From IMG/VR virus record IMGVR_UViG_3300032225_000600, positions 1 through 61,054 of that record: a stretch of DNA of 61,054 nt; one strand, 5' to 3'. Position numbers and translations under genes: made by a program. A model generated the notes under the pieces. That model searched no databases. It worked only from the letters and a program-made list of their open reading frames with translations, and was not told the origin of the DNA. Below are positions 45,339-54,426 of this stretch, in pieces (position 1 is the first letter of the stretch; every line of letters begins with the position of its first letter). This DNA is from a virus. Taxonomy: Duplodnaviria > Caudoviricetes.

Positions 45339-47381
45339 ATGCTGAAAAAAATCTTATTAAGCCCGTGGACTGCTCTATTAACCCTAGCGTTAGTAGTGGG
45401 CATACGTATTGCAGACCCTTCATTTGTTGAAAGCGTAAGACTACGTTATTTTGACACACTTATTACAAGTAAAGCGCCTACAGAAAATAATATCTATACG
45501 GTCAACATAGACGAAGCCGCATTAGACAAATACGGCCAATGGCCACTACCGAGGGTTAACTATGCTGAAATTATTGAAGACCTGTATCATCGTGGTGCTG
45601 GCCTTGTTGTTCTCAACGTGCTTATGGCTGAGCGCGATCGTACTGGCGGGGATCGCGATCTGGCCGCAGCTCTTAAACATTATCCAGTAATACTTCCTAG
45701 CGTTCCTAGTAATAAAACAAAGAATACTCCCCGTGTTCCTGGATCGGCAGTATTAGGTCCAGAATGGTTGGATCAGATTGTTACCTATCCAGGACTCATA
45801 GCCAACATACCACAGTTAGAAAATGCTGCGGCAGGTGTTGGTATTGTAAACACACTACCCGAAGTGGATGGAGTGAATCGCCGATTACCTCTTGTTGTTG
45901 CAGTTGACGACAAACTTTATCCTAGCATAGCTATGGAGACACTGCGAGTAGCAGCTGGCGATTCTACATTCCAAGTTAAATTAGTTGAGGGCGGCGTTGA
46001 GAAAATGCGCATACCCAAGGTTGGTCCTATCACTACAGACAATCTTGGGCGTATATGGATTGATTGGAGCCAACAGAGCAAGTCAGTGTCGCTTACTAAT
46101 TTACCAAAAGATTTTGGTGGTGCTATTGTTATAGTAGGACCAACTGCCGCAGGCATAGGCAATCCCGTGCCAACTAGTAAAGGCGCTGTATGGCCACACG
46201 AAGTACAGGCCAGTGTAATTGCCACTATGGCCAATGGTGTTGTTATACAACGTCCCGACTGGGCCGACGGTGCAGAAATTCTAGCCATAGTGTTGGCTGG
46301 TCTAGTATTACTATTCTTAACGAGGTGGACTTATGTTGGATTATCTTCAACGGTGGTTATTATTGGTGGTAGTATCTATGCTAGTCTTTATGCTTATCAA
46401 AATTACCTACAACTCTTTGATATTACTCTATTGGTTGTTGGAGTTGGACTTGTTGCGCTTCACTCTTACGGAGTAAAGTTTGTAAGTGAGTTCTTGCAAA
46501 AGCAGGCAATTAAGAAACAGTTTGCTGGCTACTGCTCAAAAGAAGTTGTGGAACTGTTACAAAAAGATCCAGATTTAATCAAGCGTGGTGTTCGCAAAGA
46601 CGTAAGTGTTATGTTCTCAGATTTAAGGGGATTCACTCCTATTGGTGAACACTACGGAGATGATGTTGCGGGCTTAGGCAAATATATGAACGGCTATATG
46701 GATGCCATCAGTCAACCGATGCTAGATAATAAAGGTATGGTTATCAAGTATGTAGGTGATGCGTCAATGCACATACACGGTGCTCCTATTGAAGATCCTA
46801 ACCACGCTAGAACAATCGTTGCTGTTGGCTTAGAAATGTTGGATGCTGTAGATGAGTATACCAAAGTTATGGAAGCACAAGGCTTGCCACCAGCCGCAAT
46901 GGGTTGGGGATGTAACAGTGGTATTGGTTTTATTGGCGAGATGGGTAGCACAGAACGACACAGCTATGACATCTTGGGTGATATGGTTTCAACTGCGGCA
47001 CGTCTTGAAGCACGTTGTAAGGCCTATGGTGTACTATGTATAATTGGTGCTGAAACATACAACAGAACTCGAGACGACTTCTTCTATTTGTTGTTAGATA
47101 ACTTACAACCTAAGGGTAAAACTGTAGCTGACTTGATCTACACAGCACTACGTACAAAAGGTGCAGATTACAGTAAAGAACTAGTGACACATAATAAGAT
47201 GCATACACTGTACAAAGAAAAACAATTTGATGCGGCCGCTATACTGTGCGGAGAACTAAAAGGCAAGTTTGGTGGACAGATGGACAAGTACTATAAGATG
47301 TGGATTGAACGCTGCGAGTTTATGAAAGGCCAGGATCTAGGTCCTAACTGGAACGGCGAGTTTGTTGCCCACGAAAAGTAA
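45339..47381 (+). CDS. CHASE2-domain class III adenylate/guanylate cyclase
   Basis: TM; VNIDE..L..YGQWP.PR and DGVNRR.PL (CHASE2); three TMs; FSDLRGFT, KYVGDA, GDMVSTAARLE. Confidence 0.93.
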   Translation: MLKKILLSPWTALLTLALVVGIRIADPSFVESVRLRYFDTLITSKAPTENNIYTVNIDEAALDKYGQWPLPRVNYAEIIEDLYHRGAGLVVLNVLMAERDRTGGDRDLAAALKHYPVILPSVPSNKTKNTPRVPGSAVLGPEWLDQIVTYPGLIANIPQLENAAAGVGIVNTLPEVDGVNRRLPLVVAVDDKLYPSIAMETLRVAAGDSTFQVKLVEGGVEKMRIPKVGPITTDNLGRIWIDWSQQSKSVSLTNLPKDFGGAIVIVGPTAAGIGNPVPTSKGAVWPHEVQASVIATMANGVVIQRPDWADGAEILAIVLAGLVLLFLTRWTYVGLSSTVVIIGGSIYASLYAYQNYLQLFDITLLVVGVGLVALHSYGVKFVSEFLQKQAIKKQFAGYCSKEVVELLQKDPDLIKRGVRKDVSVMFSDLRGFTPIGEHYGDDVAGLGKYMNGYMDAISQPMLDNKGMVIKYVGDASMHIHGAPIEDPNHARTIVAVGLEMLDAVDEYTKVMEAQGLPPAAMGWGCNSGIGFIGEMGSTERHSYDILGDMVSTAARLEARCKAYGVLCIIGAETYNRTRDDFFYLLLDNLQPKGKTVADLIYTALRTKGADYSKELVTHNKMHTLYKEKQFDAAAILCGELKGKFGGQMDKYYKMWIERCEFMKGQDLGPNWNGEFVAHEK

Positions 47382-47382
47382 A

Positions 47383-48033
47383 CTATCGCTTAGATAAATC
47401 GTTTACAAAATCTAACAGTAATTCGTGATGTCGCCCACCGTGATAATGTGGCTTCATCCAACTGTAATATTCATTATACCAACTGGCTGTACTTTCGGGA
47501 TGGCACCCTATCAATCCTAGTCTACCCTGTATGATGGCCATTGGATCTCCATTGGGATATACTGCATAGATGTTAGAGTTGACTAGACCCGCTCCGTGGA
47601 ACGCACATCCGTCATAGAAAAACATACGTTCTTCTTGTCCTTTCCATAATACTGGTTGTGCTTTAGCGTGTGGTCTGCGTGTATCAGTGTTTGGTCTTGT
47701 GATATATTGATCAGCACGGACATCTGTCAGTAGATCGAAGTAGTGTTTGTCTGCCCAGTAGGCACCCATACATATCCCTAGGTACTTACCTCCACAGTCA
47801 ACAAACTTACGTATGCGTTCTCCATTGTCTCTAAAGAGATATTCGTGACTGTCACTGTCACCTATGCCTCCTGGAAATGCCAGTATGTCAACATCGTCGA
47901 AGAAATCTTCGTCTAGTCTCCATTTTGTAAAAATCTTAAAATTATAATATGGCTGTAATGCCTTAAGGATTCCGTTTCCGGATTCGATTGAACATTTGGG
48001 CTGATGCACAAATAATGCTACTGTAGGATTCAT
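47383..48033 (-). CDS. BPL-N / class I glutamine amidotransferase-like protein
   Basis: FPGG, GGKYLGICMGAY and CHPE motifs. Confidence 0.85.
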   Translation of the reverse strand: MNPTVALFVHQPKCSIESGNGILKALQPYYNFKIFTKWRLDEDFFDDVDILAFPGGIGDSDSHEYLFRDNGERIRKFVDCGGKYLGICMGAYWADKHYFDLLTDVRADQYITRPNTDTRRPHAKAQPVLWKGQEERMFFYDGCAFHGAGLVNSNIYAVYPNGDPMAIIQGRLGLIGCHPESTASWYNEYYSWMKPHYHGGRHHELLLDFVNDLSKR

Positions 48034-48052
48034 TTTGATCTTTGTTAATCAT

Positions 48053-48076
48053 AAAAAAAGCACCAGTGGGTGCTTT
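48053..48076 (-). terminator. Intrinsic terminator
   Basis: AAAGCACC/GGTGCTTT stem with a T run on the minus strand. Confidence 0.75.
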
Positions 48077-48080
48077 AGTA

Positions 48081-48395
48081 CTATCCGTTGCCGCTTGCTG
48101 CTTCTTTATCAGTTGTTTTGTGTTCGTTAATTTTCTTTTCTGCTTCAACACGTTCCCACTCAATGGTTTTACCACGTAGATGTAGCACAGTGTTTACCTT
48201 TTGATTAAGACGTATTAGGTCGTTGTCTAACATACGTATGCGATCTATCAGTGCGATAAGCACAGCATTAGCATCGTTGATAACGGGCTTGACTTCTTTA
48301 GTTGCCCATTCCCAAACGTATTTGATGATAAAGCCCATTCCAACTGCCATAACGATCGGAAAGCCATATTTGTTTACTAACTCTACTACATCCAT
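48081..48395 (-). CDS. Small membrane protein (GFP-motif TM plus coiled coil)
   Basis: Start 48395 with AAGGAG SD; YGFPIV; IALIDRIRMLDNDLIRL. Confidence 0.8.
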   Translation of the reverse strand: MDVVELVNKYGFPIVMAVGMGFIIKYVWEWATKEVKPVINDANAVLIALIDRIRMLDNDLIRLNQKVNTVLHLRGKTIEWERVEAEKKINEHKTTDKEAASGNG

Positions 48396-48405
48396 ATCGT
48401 ACTCC

Positions 48406-48555
48406 TTATCTACAAACGAAACCAATAAAGTAGCCGACAACAAGTGCGATGCTTACAAATAATGCTACATCTTTGTCGTGCCATATTGGTTGCGATTTTA
48501 AATATTCTTTAGTATGCTCTGGTAAGCTGTCGTACCACTTAGTCCATTTGTTCAC
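48406..48555 (-). CDS. 49-aa C-terminally anchored protein (not in ORF track)
   Basis: GTG start overlapping the upstream gene; WYDSLPEHTKEYLKSQPIWHD plus a TM. Confidence 0.6.
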   Translation of the reverse strand: MNKWTKWYDSLPEHTKEYLKSQPIWHDKDVALFVSIALVVGYFIGFVCR

Positions 48556-48739
48556 TTGCTCTCTCCCCTTCTTTAATAAATTTTACCAACGGATCGCATT
48601 TGATTAACATTGCTCGTCCGTTGACGTTTGAAATTCTAAAATAATCGCCGTGGCGCCATCCTAGCTTGTCTATGTCTAGCTCTTTGTCAAACTTAATATA
48701 TTCGGGCTCTAAGTCCCAGTCGTAATCGTAGTGTTTCAT
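48539..48739 (-). CDS. Hypothetical protein
   Basis: 66 aa; translationally coupled to the upstream gene. Confidence 0.7.
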   Translation of the reverse strand: MKHYDYDWDLEPEYIKFDKELDIDKLGWRHGDYFRISNVNGRAMLIKCDPLVKFIKEGERASEQMD

Positions 48740-49020
48740 TAATCTCGTCTCGCATCGTTCTTACCGTCTGCTCTTGCAATACGGTCTACATCTGGATCTA
48801 GTCCTAGCGCATTTGATACAACTGCATCAATACGAATTACATCGTGATTCATAGTTTTAACACGGTTGTCCAAAGCTGTAATAATTCCAGCCATACCTTT
48901 AATGTTGCTCAAAACGCCCTGTAGCAACAGTTTAATAGTTAAGTATACAAAATATCCGCCCGCAAGTGCTGCCGCAACAGGGAAGCCCAGATCACCAATT
49001 ATTTTAAAAATATCGCTCAT
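48739..49020 (-). CDS. Small membrane protein, paralogue of 48081..48395
   Basis: LGFPVAA; ITALDNRVKTMNHDVIRID. Confidence 0.8.
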   Translation of the reverse strand: MSDIFKIIGDLGFPVAAALAGGYFVYLTIKLLLQGVLSNIKGMAGIITALDNRVKTMNHDVIRIDAVVSNALGLDPDVDRIARADGKNDARRD

Positions 49021-49063
49021 TTTCGCTCCCGCTCCAAACTAGTTTATATGTGTATTTAACTTC

Positions 49064-49092
49064 TTGACAAACTTTTAAACTGATGCTATAAT
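49064..49092 (+). promoter_or_regulatory. Consensus sigma70 promoter
   Basis: TTGACA-17-TATAAT with extended TG. Confidence 0.88.
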
Positions 49093-49124
49093 ATACGTAT
49101 ATTTCCCCTTAATGAAAGTCAGCA

Positions 49125-49979
49125 ATGAAAATTAAGCTCGTATCCGATTTACACCTAGAGTTCTCAGATATCAACATCACAAACGATGATGGTTGTGATG
49201 TGCTGATTCTCGGTGGCGACATCTGTGTTGCTCAGGATCTGCACGATCATCCGCATATGGAGTATGGTATGTACTCAAATACTGATCTAGCAGGGCTGGG
49301 ACGTAGACAGCAGGCTGCTCAACGCTACAGAGATTTCTTCAAGCGTTGCAGCTTCCAATTTCCGCACGTTATCTATGTGATGGGCAATCACGAATTCTAC
49401 AACGGCAAGTTCTATGCTGGCATTGATTATATGCGAGAAGAATGTGCCAAGTATCCTAATGTCTATATGCTAGAGCAGGACACAAAGATCATTGATGATG
49501 TGACCTTTGTTGGTGGAACACTTTGGACTAATATGAACAAGCGTGATCCACTCACGATGCACGCCATTGAAGGTATGATGAACGACTTCCGTATCATCCG
49601 TAACGACAAACGTAACTATGCCACTATGAGTGCGTTGGATGTTGCTGTCAGGCACGATCGGACACTGGCTTATATCAAGTTAGTACTTGCTGAAAACAAG
49701 GACAAGCGGTGTGTGGTAGTTGGACATCATTCGCCAAGTTTCCAAAGCGTACATCCAACTTATGCTCACGAAACACTGATGAACGGTGGCTACCACAGTG
49801 ATTTGAGTGAGTTCATTTTGGATCACCCGCAGGTTAAGTTGTGGACACACGGACACACTCATCATCCGTTTGATTATGTGATCGGTGAAACACGTATTGT
49901 CTGTAATCCACGTGGTTACGAAAACGACGGTTACAGCGAGGACACTGGCTGGAACCCGAACATTGTGTTGGAAGTATAA
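49125..49979 (+). CDS. Calcineurin-like metallophosphoesterase
   Basis: SDLHLE, GGDI, GNHE, HHSP, HGHTH and NPRGY motifs. Confidence 0.92.
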   Translation: MKIKLVSDLHLEFSDINITNDDGCDVLILGGDICVAQDLHDHPHMEYGMYSNTDLAGLGRRQQAAQRYRDFFKRCSFQFPHVIYVMGNHEFYNGKFYAGIDYMREECAKYPNVYMLEQDTKIIDDVTFVGGTLWTNMNKRDPLTMHAIEGMMNDFRIIRNDKRNYATMSALDVAVRHDRTLAYIKLVLAENKDKRCVVVGHHSPSFQSVHPTYAHETLMNGGYHSDLSEFILDHPQVKLWTHGHTHHPFDYVIGETRIVCNPRGYENDGYSEDTGWNPNIVLEV

Positions 49980-49980
49980 T

Positions 49981-50175
49981 ATGAACGAACGTATTTTAAA
50001 AATAATGAAGCAGGCAGACTACGCTGCTCCTGAGATTGCTCTACGTGCTCAGACATTAGGCGATCTCGTTGCCAAAGACTGTATTCAAGTTTTAATTAAC
50101 TACGGATATGATGATGCGGCCAATTGTCTAACTGATGAGTACTTTGGAGTGAAGAATGAAAAAGATATACTATGA
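49981..50175 (+). CDS. Hypothetical protein
   Basis: MNERILKIMKQA start within ORF 49885..50175. Confidence 0.6.
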   Translation: MNERILKIMKQADYAAPEIALRAQTLGDLVAKDCIQVLINYGYDDAANCLTDEYFGVKNEKDIL

Positions 50176-50614
50176 AAAGCGAGGTCGACGATATGTCCCA
50201 GTTTCAGAATATGATAACGAACTATTGGATAGCTTTCCAAAGGGCGATCATTTGGTGCAGGTGTATCCCGGAGGTAGCAGTCGTAGGTTTTGCATTGATC
50301 CTGCTTATGCTCCAATGATTGCTGCAGGTCGTGTGGCTGAAGATGCTATGTGCAAAGCACTACAGCAGGCCAGTGAACTGCGACCACGTAGTACTCCTAT
50401 TACCGAAGGACAACGCCGGGCTTGGAAGAAATTGGCTAAAGAGTTCGGAGACGAACTTGCTACACTACATATCAACAGTAGTCGAGACATTGCAGAGGCA
50501 GGACTAAAGGCCTTGCAAGAAGAAGCAGACAAGTTGATGACTCACGAAAGTGTTCGAACAGCATATGAGCACTTTTTGTTGATGTGTCATCTTACTAAGG
50601 AGAAACAAGAATGA
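50156..50614 (+). CDS. Hypothetical protein
   Basis: 152 aa; YYEKRGRRYVPV N-terminus. Confidence 0.75.
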   Translation: MKKIYYEKRGRRYVPVSEYDNELLDSFPKGDHLVQVYPGGSSRRFCIDPAYAPMIAAGRVAEDAMCKALQQASELRPRSTPITEGQRRAWKKLAKEFGDELATLHINSSRDIAEAGLKALQEEADKLMTHESVRTAYEHFLLMCHLTKEKQE

Positions 50615-50754
50615 TAGTAGAATGGATAGTGGTTGGATTCTTTTCCGCGATCGGATGGTGGAGTGCCAATTATTATGTGATCACTCCTTATTTGCCCGAA
50701 CCTGTTTATAAAGAAAAGAAAATCCAAAACGAAGTTGACAAACCCAAAGAATGA
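50611..50754 (+). CDS. 47-aa membrane protein (not in ORF track)
   Basis: TAAGGAG SD; ATGA overlap; MIVEWIVVGFFSAIGWW. Confidence 0.65.
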   Translation: MIVEWIVVGFFSAIGWWSANYYVITPYLPEPVYKEKKIQNEVDKPKE

Positions 50755-50763
50755 TGCTATAAT
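50735..50763 (+). promoter_or_regulatory. Consensus sigma70 promoter
   Basis: TTGACA-17-TATAAT with extended TG. Confidence 0.88.
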
Positions 50764-50793
50764 AGTTCTATAGTGAAACTTTAGGAGTGAGCA

Positions 50794-51189
50794 GTGAAGT
50801 TAACCAAGTACAGTCACAACAGACTATACGAAACATTTCAAAAATGGCAGGTCCCTAAGGACTTTGCTGAACCTATGGCTAACTATCTCGTCTACGGCTA
50901 CAGTCCTGGTAGCTGTTTTACTTCAGTATTGGCAAATGATTTCTGCGGTGCAATCGCTCGCAGCCACCCTGCTAATACTGTGGAAGCGTTCAAAGCGTTG
51001 GCTGGTTGGTTACAAAACTGTGTACCGCCGGAATGTCACGGTAGCTATGATGTTGTGGCAGACTGGATCAGCTATGATGCAGTAGAACGTAGATCAGTCC
51101 TAGAAAAATATGGATTGGTCTTCACCGAAGAAAAAGAAGTATGGATGACACTGTCTGAGCATCCTACTAAAGAACCTGTTTTATATTAA
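50794..51189 (+). CDS. Hypothetical early protein
   Basis: GTG start with AGGAG SD; PGSCFTSVLAND motif. Confidence 0.75.
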   Translation: MKLTKYSHNRLYETFQKWQVPKDFAEPMANYLVYGYSPGSCFTSVLANDFCGAIARSHPANTVEAFKALAGWLQNCVPPECHGSYDVVADWISYDAVERRSVLEKYGLVFTEEKEVWMTLSEHPTKEPVLY

Positions 51190-51198
51190 GGAACTGAA

Positions 51199-51780
51199 AT
51201 GATCACAATGAAAGAATGGATGGAATTAGTCGACTATCGTATCACTGAGGGCAGTGAATATGGTTGGCAGTGTTATGGTCCAAATGCCTATACACTAGAT
51301 TCGTGGAATGGTGTTCACGGCACAGGCGGATACAGTTTTAGTATTGTGTTCAGTACTAAGACTCAAAAGGTCTATGAAGTGTCAGTATGCGACTATACTA
51401 ATGATCGTGCCTACAGAATGATTAATCCTAAAAATCAAGAGAAGCATCGTAAAGAAGCACTAGCTCGCGATGTTAATTTGAATGAGGCTTGGGATTGTGT
51501 TGACTATATTGATTTGGATGTAGTTGACGACTTTATTCAAAAAGCACTGGCTATCCGAGCAGGTGAGGACTATGATACTCGTGTAAGTATGCCGGTTGAC
51601 TTCTCAGATGCAGAACTGTTAACATATATGAAGATGGCGCACGATCGTGATATGACCTTTAACCAATTTGTTGAAGAAGCACTTCGTGAGGCAATCAACG
51701 ATTATAAAGCAGATCCAGAAGCTGCCAAAGCTCGTGTAGAGCAATGGAAACATTCACAAGAACACTACGACGAGATTTAA
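51199..51780 (+). CDS. Hypothetical protein
   Basis: 193 aa; C-terminal AHDRDMTFNQFVEEAL is ribbon-helix-helix-like. Confidence 0.75.
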   Translation: MITMKEWMELVDYRITEGSEYGWQCYGPNAYTLDSWNGVHGTGGYSFSIVFSTKTQKVYEVSVCDYTNDRAYRMINPKNQEKHRKEALARDVNLNEAWDCVDYIDLDVVDDFIQKALAIRAGEDYDTRVSMPVDFSDAELLTYMKMAHDRDMTFNQFVEEALREAINDYKADPEAAKARVEQWKHSQEHYDEI

Positions 51781-51782
51781 AA

Positions 51783-52100
51783 ATGAGCGAAGTTGAAGAG
51801 TTTATCCAAAAACTTAAAGGCGAACGTAACATCGTTATCAATACCTGTCACGGTGGGTTTGGTCTAAGTTCTGCGGCTGAACGACTCTATCTAGATCTTA
51901 CCAGTCAAGATAAAATCAACGAGTACGAGCTAGATCGCGATGATCCTTATTTGGTTAAGGTTGTAACAGATCTAGGTATGGGTGCTAACGGTACTCACGC
52001 TAATCTTAAAGTTGTGACTATTCCTGGTGATGTTGATTGGGAAATCGGCGAATACGATGGTATGGAATGGGTGGCTGAAAAACACAGGACCTGGTCGTGA
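51783..52100 (+). CDS. Hypothetical phage protein
   Basis: IVIN.CHGGFGLS...RDDP.LV...I.EYDG.EWVAE.H motif set. Confidence 0.75.
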   Translation: MSEVEEFIQKLKGERNIVINTCHGGFGLSSAAERLYLDLTSQDKINEYELDRDDPYLVKVVTDLGMGANGTHANLKVVTIPGDVDWEIGEYDGMEWVAEKHRTWS

Positions 52101-52201
52101 AACCGGTTACAATGGAACCACGTCAATGGGCGGCGATCCTTGAAAGGATCAAGCAGAAGCGCACAATGTTTCTATTAAAATATGGTAATGGCCAAAACTA
52201 A
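52097..52201 (+). pseudogene. 34-aa probable internally deleted member of the local paralogue family
   Basis: GTGA overlap; MKPVTMEPRQWAAILERIKQKRTMFLLKYGNGQN keeps only the TMFLLKY end motif. Confidence 0.4.
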
Positions 52202-52442
52202 AATTGGAACACTGAACGAAATATTAGCCACTCGCTCGCGAGCAATATTTCCCTACAGGATTAATTTTGAAGAGATTGGGTATGAAACATTGCCGTTAAT
52301 GAAAGAGTGGTGTGAATCTAATTGTAAAGGTATTTGGCGTAATGAACAAGTACACGCAATATACTTTCAATTTTCAGATGATTATGATGCCACAATGTTT
52401 ATGCTTAAATGGGCAGGCGCAAAAGGAAATAAAATAAAATGA
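52182..52442 (+). CDS. Small protein, F..xDATMFxL[KR]W family
   Basis: EWC...FQFSDDYDATMFMLKW. Confidence 0.75.
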   Translation: MVMAKTKIGTLNEILATRSRAIFPYRINFEEIGYETLPLMKEWCESNCKGIWRNEQVHAIYFQFSDDYDATMFMLKWAGAKGNKIK

Positions 52443-52933
52443 TAATTTATTTAGATATGGATGATGTGGTCGCTGACTGGCGAACTGCCGCAGAAGAGTT
52501 TTTGCAACTTAAATTTCCTAACGGAGATCAGTGGGCTCGTATACCAGATGAGAAATGGCAAGAACTAAAACGTAACAGTCGTTTCTACAGAGATCTACCA
52601 CTTAAAGAAGATGCCGGCCGATTGGTTGACTTTTGCCTACGAGTGAAAGAACAAGGACTGGTTGAGGATGTGCGTTTCCTAAGTGCTATCCCGCATAATA
52701 ATGATATGCCTTGGAGCATACAAGATAAAGTATTTTGGGCACACGAACACTTTAAAGGTATCCCAGTATTCCTTGGTCCTTACAGTCACGACAAACAGAC
52801 TCATTGCCAACCCGGTGATATCCTTATCGATGACCGTACCAGCAACTGTGAAGAATGGATAGCGGCAGGTGGACGAGCTCATATCTATAGAACTTGGGGG
52901 CCTTGTAAAGAATGGCTAGAAGAACTATTGTAG
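52439..52933 (+). CDS. HAD-family 5'(3')-deoxyribonucleotidase-like protein
   Basis: YLDMDDVVAD, FLSA, K..W and ILIDD...N..EW..AGG motifs. Confidence 0.88.
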   Translation: MIIYLDMDDVVADWRTAAEEFLQLKFPNGDQWARIPDEKWQELKRNSRFYRDLPLKEDAGRLVDFCLRVKEQGLVEDVRFLSAIPHNNDMPWSIQDKVFWAHEHFKGIPVFLGPYSHDKQTHCQPGDILIDDRTSNCEEWIAAGGRAHIYRTWGPCKEWLEELL

Positions 52934-53178
52934 AACACTGGCGGTTTGATGATGGCACTAAGCCAATTAACCCAGGCAATCGATTTGGCGAGTCATTTGT
53001 ACCACGTGGCTGGTACTGCTGGGTCTATCCTGCAGACGATTCTGAGTTTGCAGAATGGATGGCACGGATGTGTCCAACTGCGGACATCACGCATAGATTC
53101 AATAGTGGCAATCCTATGTGGACTACTTTTATCAAGGACGATGCGGAAGCAACGTTATTTCAACTTAAATGGCTATAG
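52912..53178 (+). CDS. Small protein, F..xDATMFxL[KR]W family
   Basis: EWM...FIKDDAEATLFQLKW. Confidence 0.75.
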   Translation: MARRTIVEHWRFDDGTKPINPGNRFGESFVPRGWYCWVYPADDSEFAEWMARMCPTADITHRFNSGNPMWTTFIKDDAEATLFQLKWL

Positions 53179-53516
53179 CTAGGAACCCGCCTACAGATTA
53201 TACACACGGTTATCTCGGAGACGAGCCCGACGGTCCTACATACACCTATACCGTTGTAGGCGATCGTGTGGAAGAAATGCGAGAAGTCATAGTTCATACA
53301 TTTACGATGGGAGATGTAGAGGATCCAGATCTGTATGCAGCAGAACCGTTATACCAATGGCAGAACAGTGAACAGGGGAAATGGATTATGGAACACGCAG
53401 TAGAGACACCCTGTTGGCATAGAATGCACGACCAATTTAATTATGGTTATCAATATTCAATCACTGCTAAACTGCGTGGTCCAAGACTTACAGAATGGTT
53501 GCTCATAAAGAAATGA
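53169..53516 (+). CDS. Hypothetical protein
   Basis: FTMGDVEDPDLYAAEP...WQ.SE.GKWIM motif. Confidence 0.75.
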   Translation: MAIARNPPTDYTHGYLGDEPDGPTYTYTVVGDRVEEMREVIVHTFTMGDVEDPDLYAAEPLYQWQNSEQGKWIMEHAVETPCWHRMHDQFNYGYQYSITAKLRGPRLTEWLLIKK

Positions 53517-53773
53517 ATAAAGAAAGTAGAAATTTTGAGCCAATGGCGCATCGTAAGATCGGAATGATGATGATGCAGGACACAAAGCTGATGGATATCC
53601 TAAAAGACTATCACGTGGTTCGATTGCTTGATCAAGAAGATTTCAATACAAAACTGTCTTGGTGTTTGGAACATTGCCAACATAAATTCCGTGACATACG
53701 AGAAGATGATGTTAGGGCTTGGTATTTTCAAAATTCAGAAGATGCAACAATGTTCGCAATGAAGTGGTCGTGA
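53495..53773 (+). CDS. Small protein, F..xDATMFxL[KR]W family
   Basis: WCLEHC...WYFQNSEDATMFAMKW; start uncertain. Confidence 0.72.
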   Translation: MVAHKEMNKESRNFEPMAHRKIGMMMMQDTKLMDILKDYHVVRLLDQEDFNTKLSWCLEHCQHKFRDIREDDVRAWYFQNSEDATMFAMKWS

Positions 53774-53797
53774 TACTATACTCAAAGAGGACTCGGA

Positions 53798-54172
53798 ATG
53801 ACATACTTAACTAAAGAAGCTATCGACGTTGCTAACGCTATGATTGCAAAACATCAAGCAGGCAAAAGCACCTTTAGTGATAAGGCTATGAAACGACTAA
53901 TGATTGACATTATGCAACAACCTGTATCAGATCTAGTACTCAGTGAAGGTACAGTCTACGGTTCACGTTATTATACCGTTGAACCTATCGGCGGCAATTG
54001 GCTTGAGATGGAGAAGTGGTGTGGAAAGACATTTGGTCCCGGCAGCACTAAGGTTTGGCAACACGATATGTCAAAAGCACCTGCTCCCGAGTTACGTTGG
54101 TATATGAATAATCGGAAGTTTTGGTTTCGTGATGAACAGGATAGAATGATATTCTTTCTAAAATGGCGATGA
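53798..54172 (+). CDS. Small protein, F..xDATMFxL[KR]W family
   Basis: KWCGKTFG...FWFRDEQDRMIFFLKW. Confidence 0.75.
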   Translation: MTYLTKEAIDVANAMIAKHQAGKSTFSDKAMKRLMIDIMQQPVSDLVLSEGTVYGSRYYTVEPIGGNWLEMEKWCGKTFGPGSTKVWQHDMSKAPAPELRWYMNNRKFWFRDEQDRMIFFLKWR

Positions 54173-54426
54173 ACTTAGAAGAAGAAATAATGGAACAGGC
54201 CGGACAAGAAATGGCCCGCGAAATAGACCGCGAAGTTCTTTGGGGAATGTTACAAGGCATAGGATGGACACGAGTAAATCTATCGTCCGAAACAGCAATG
54301 ACACAGGCCACACGTATATCAGAATGGTTAATCCAAAACTGCCAGGCGCCTTACGAAAAGCATCGTTCGGATTTCTTATTTGAAGACAGCCGTGACGCCA
54401 CTATGTTTATCCTAAGGTGGAAATGA
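54163..54426 (+). CDS. Small protein, F..xDATMFxL[KR]W family
   Basis: EWLIQNC...FLFEDSRDATMFILRW. Confidence 0.75.
   Translation: MAMNLEEEIMEQAGQEMAREIDREVLWGMLQGIGWTRVNLSSETAMTQATRISEWLIQNCQAPYEKHRSDFLFEDSRDATMFILRWK

Noticed and set aside
36519-47381. Bacterial chromosome origin for the host-like genes
   Set aside because: They are interleaved with phage genes, share the TAAATA motif and codon style, and lack bacterial operon partners such as dnaJ, grpE, clpA and csgDE.
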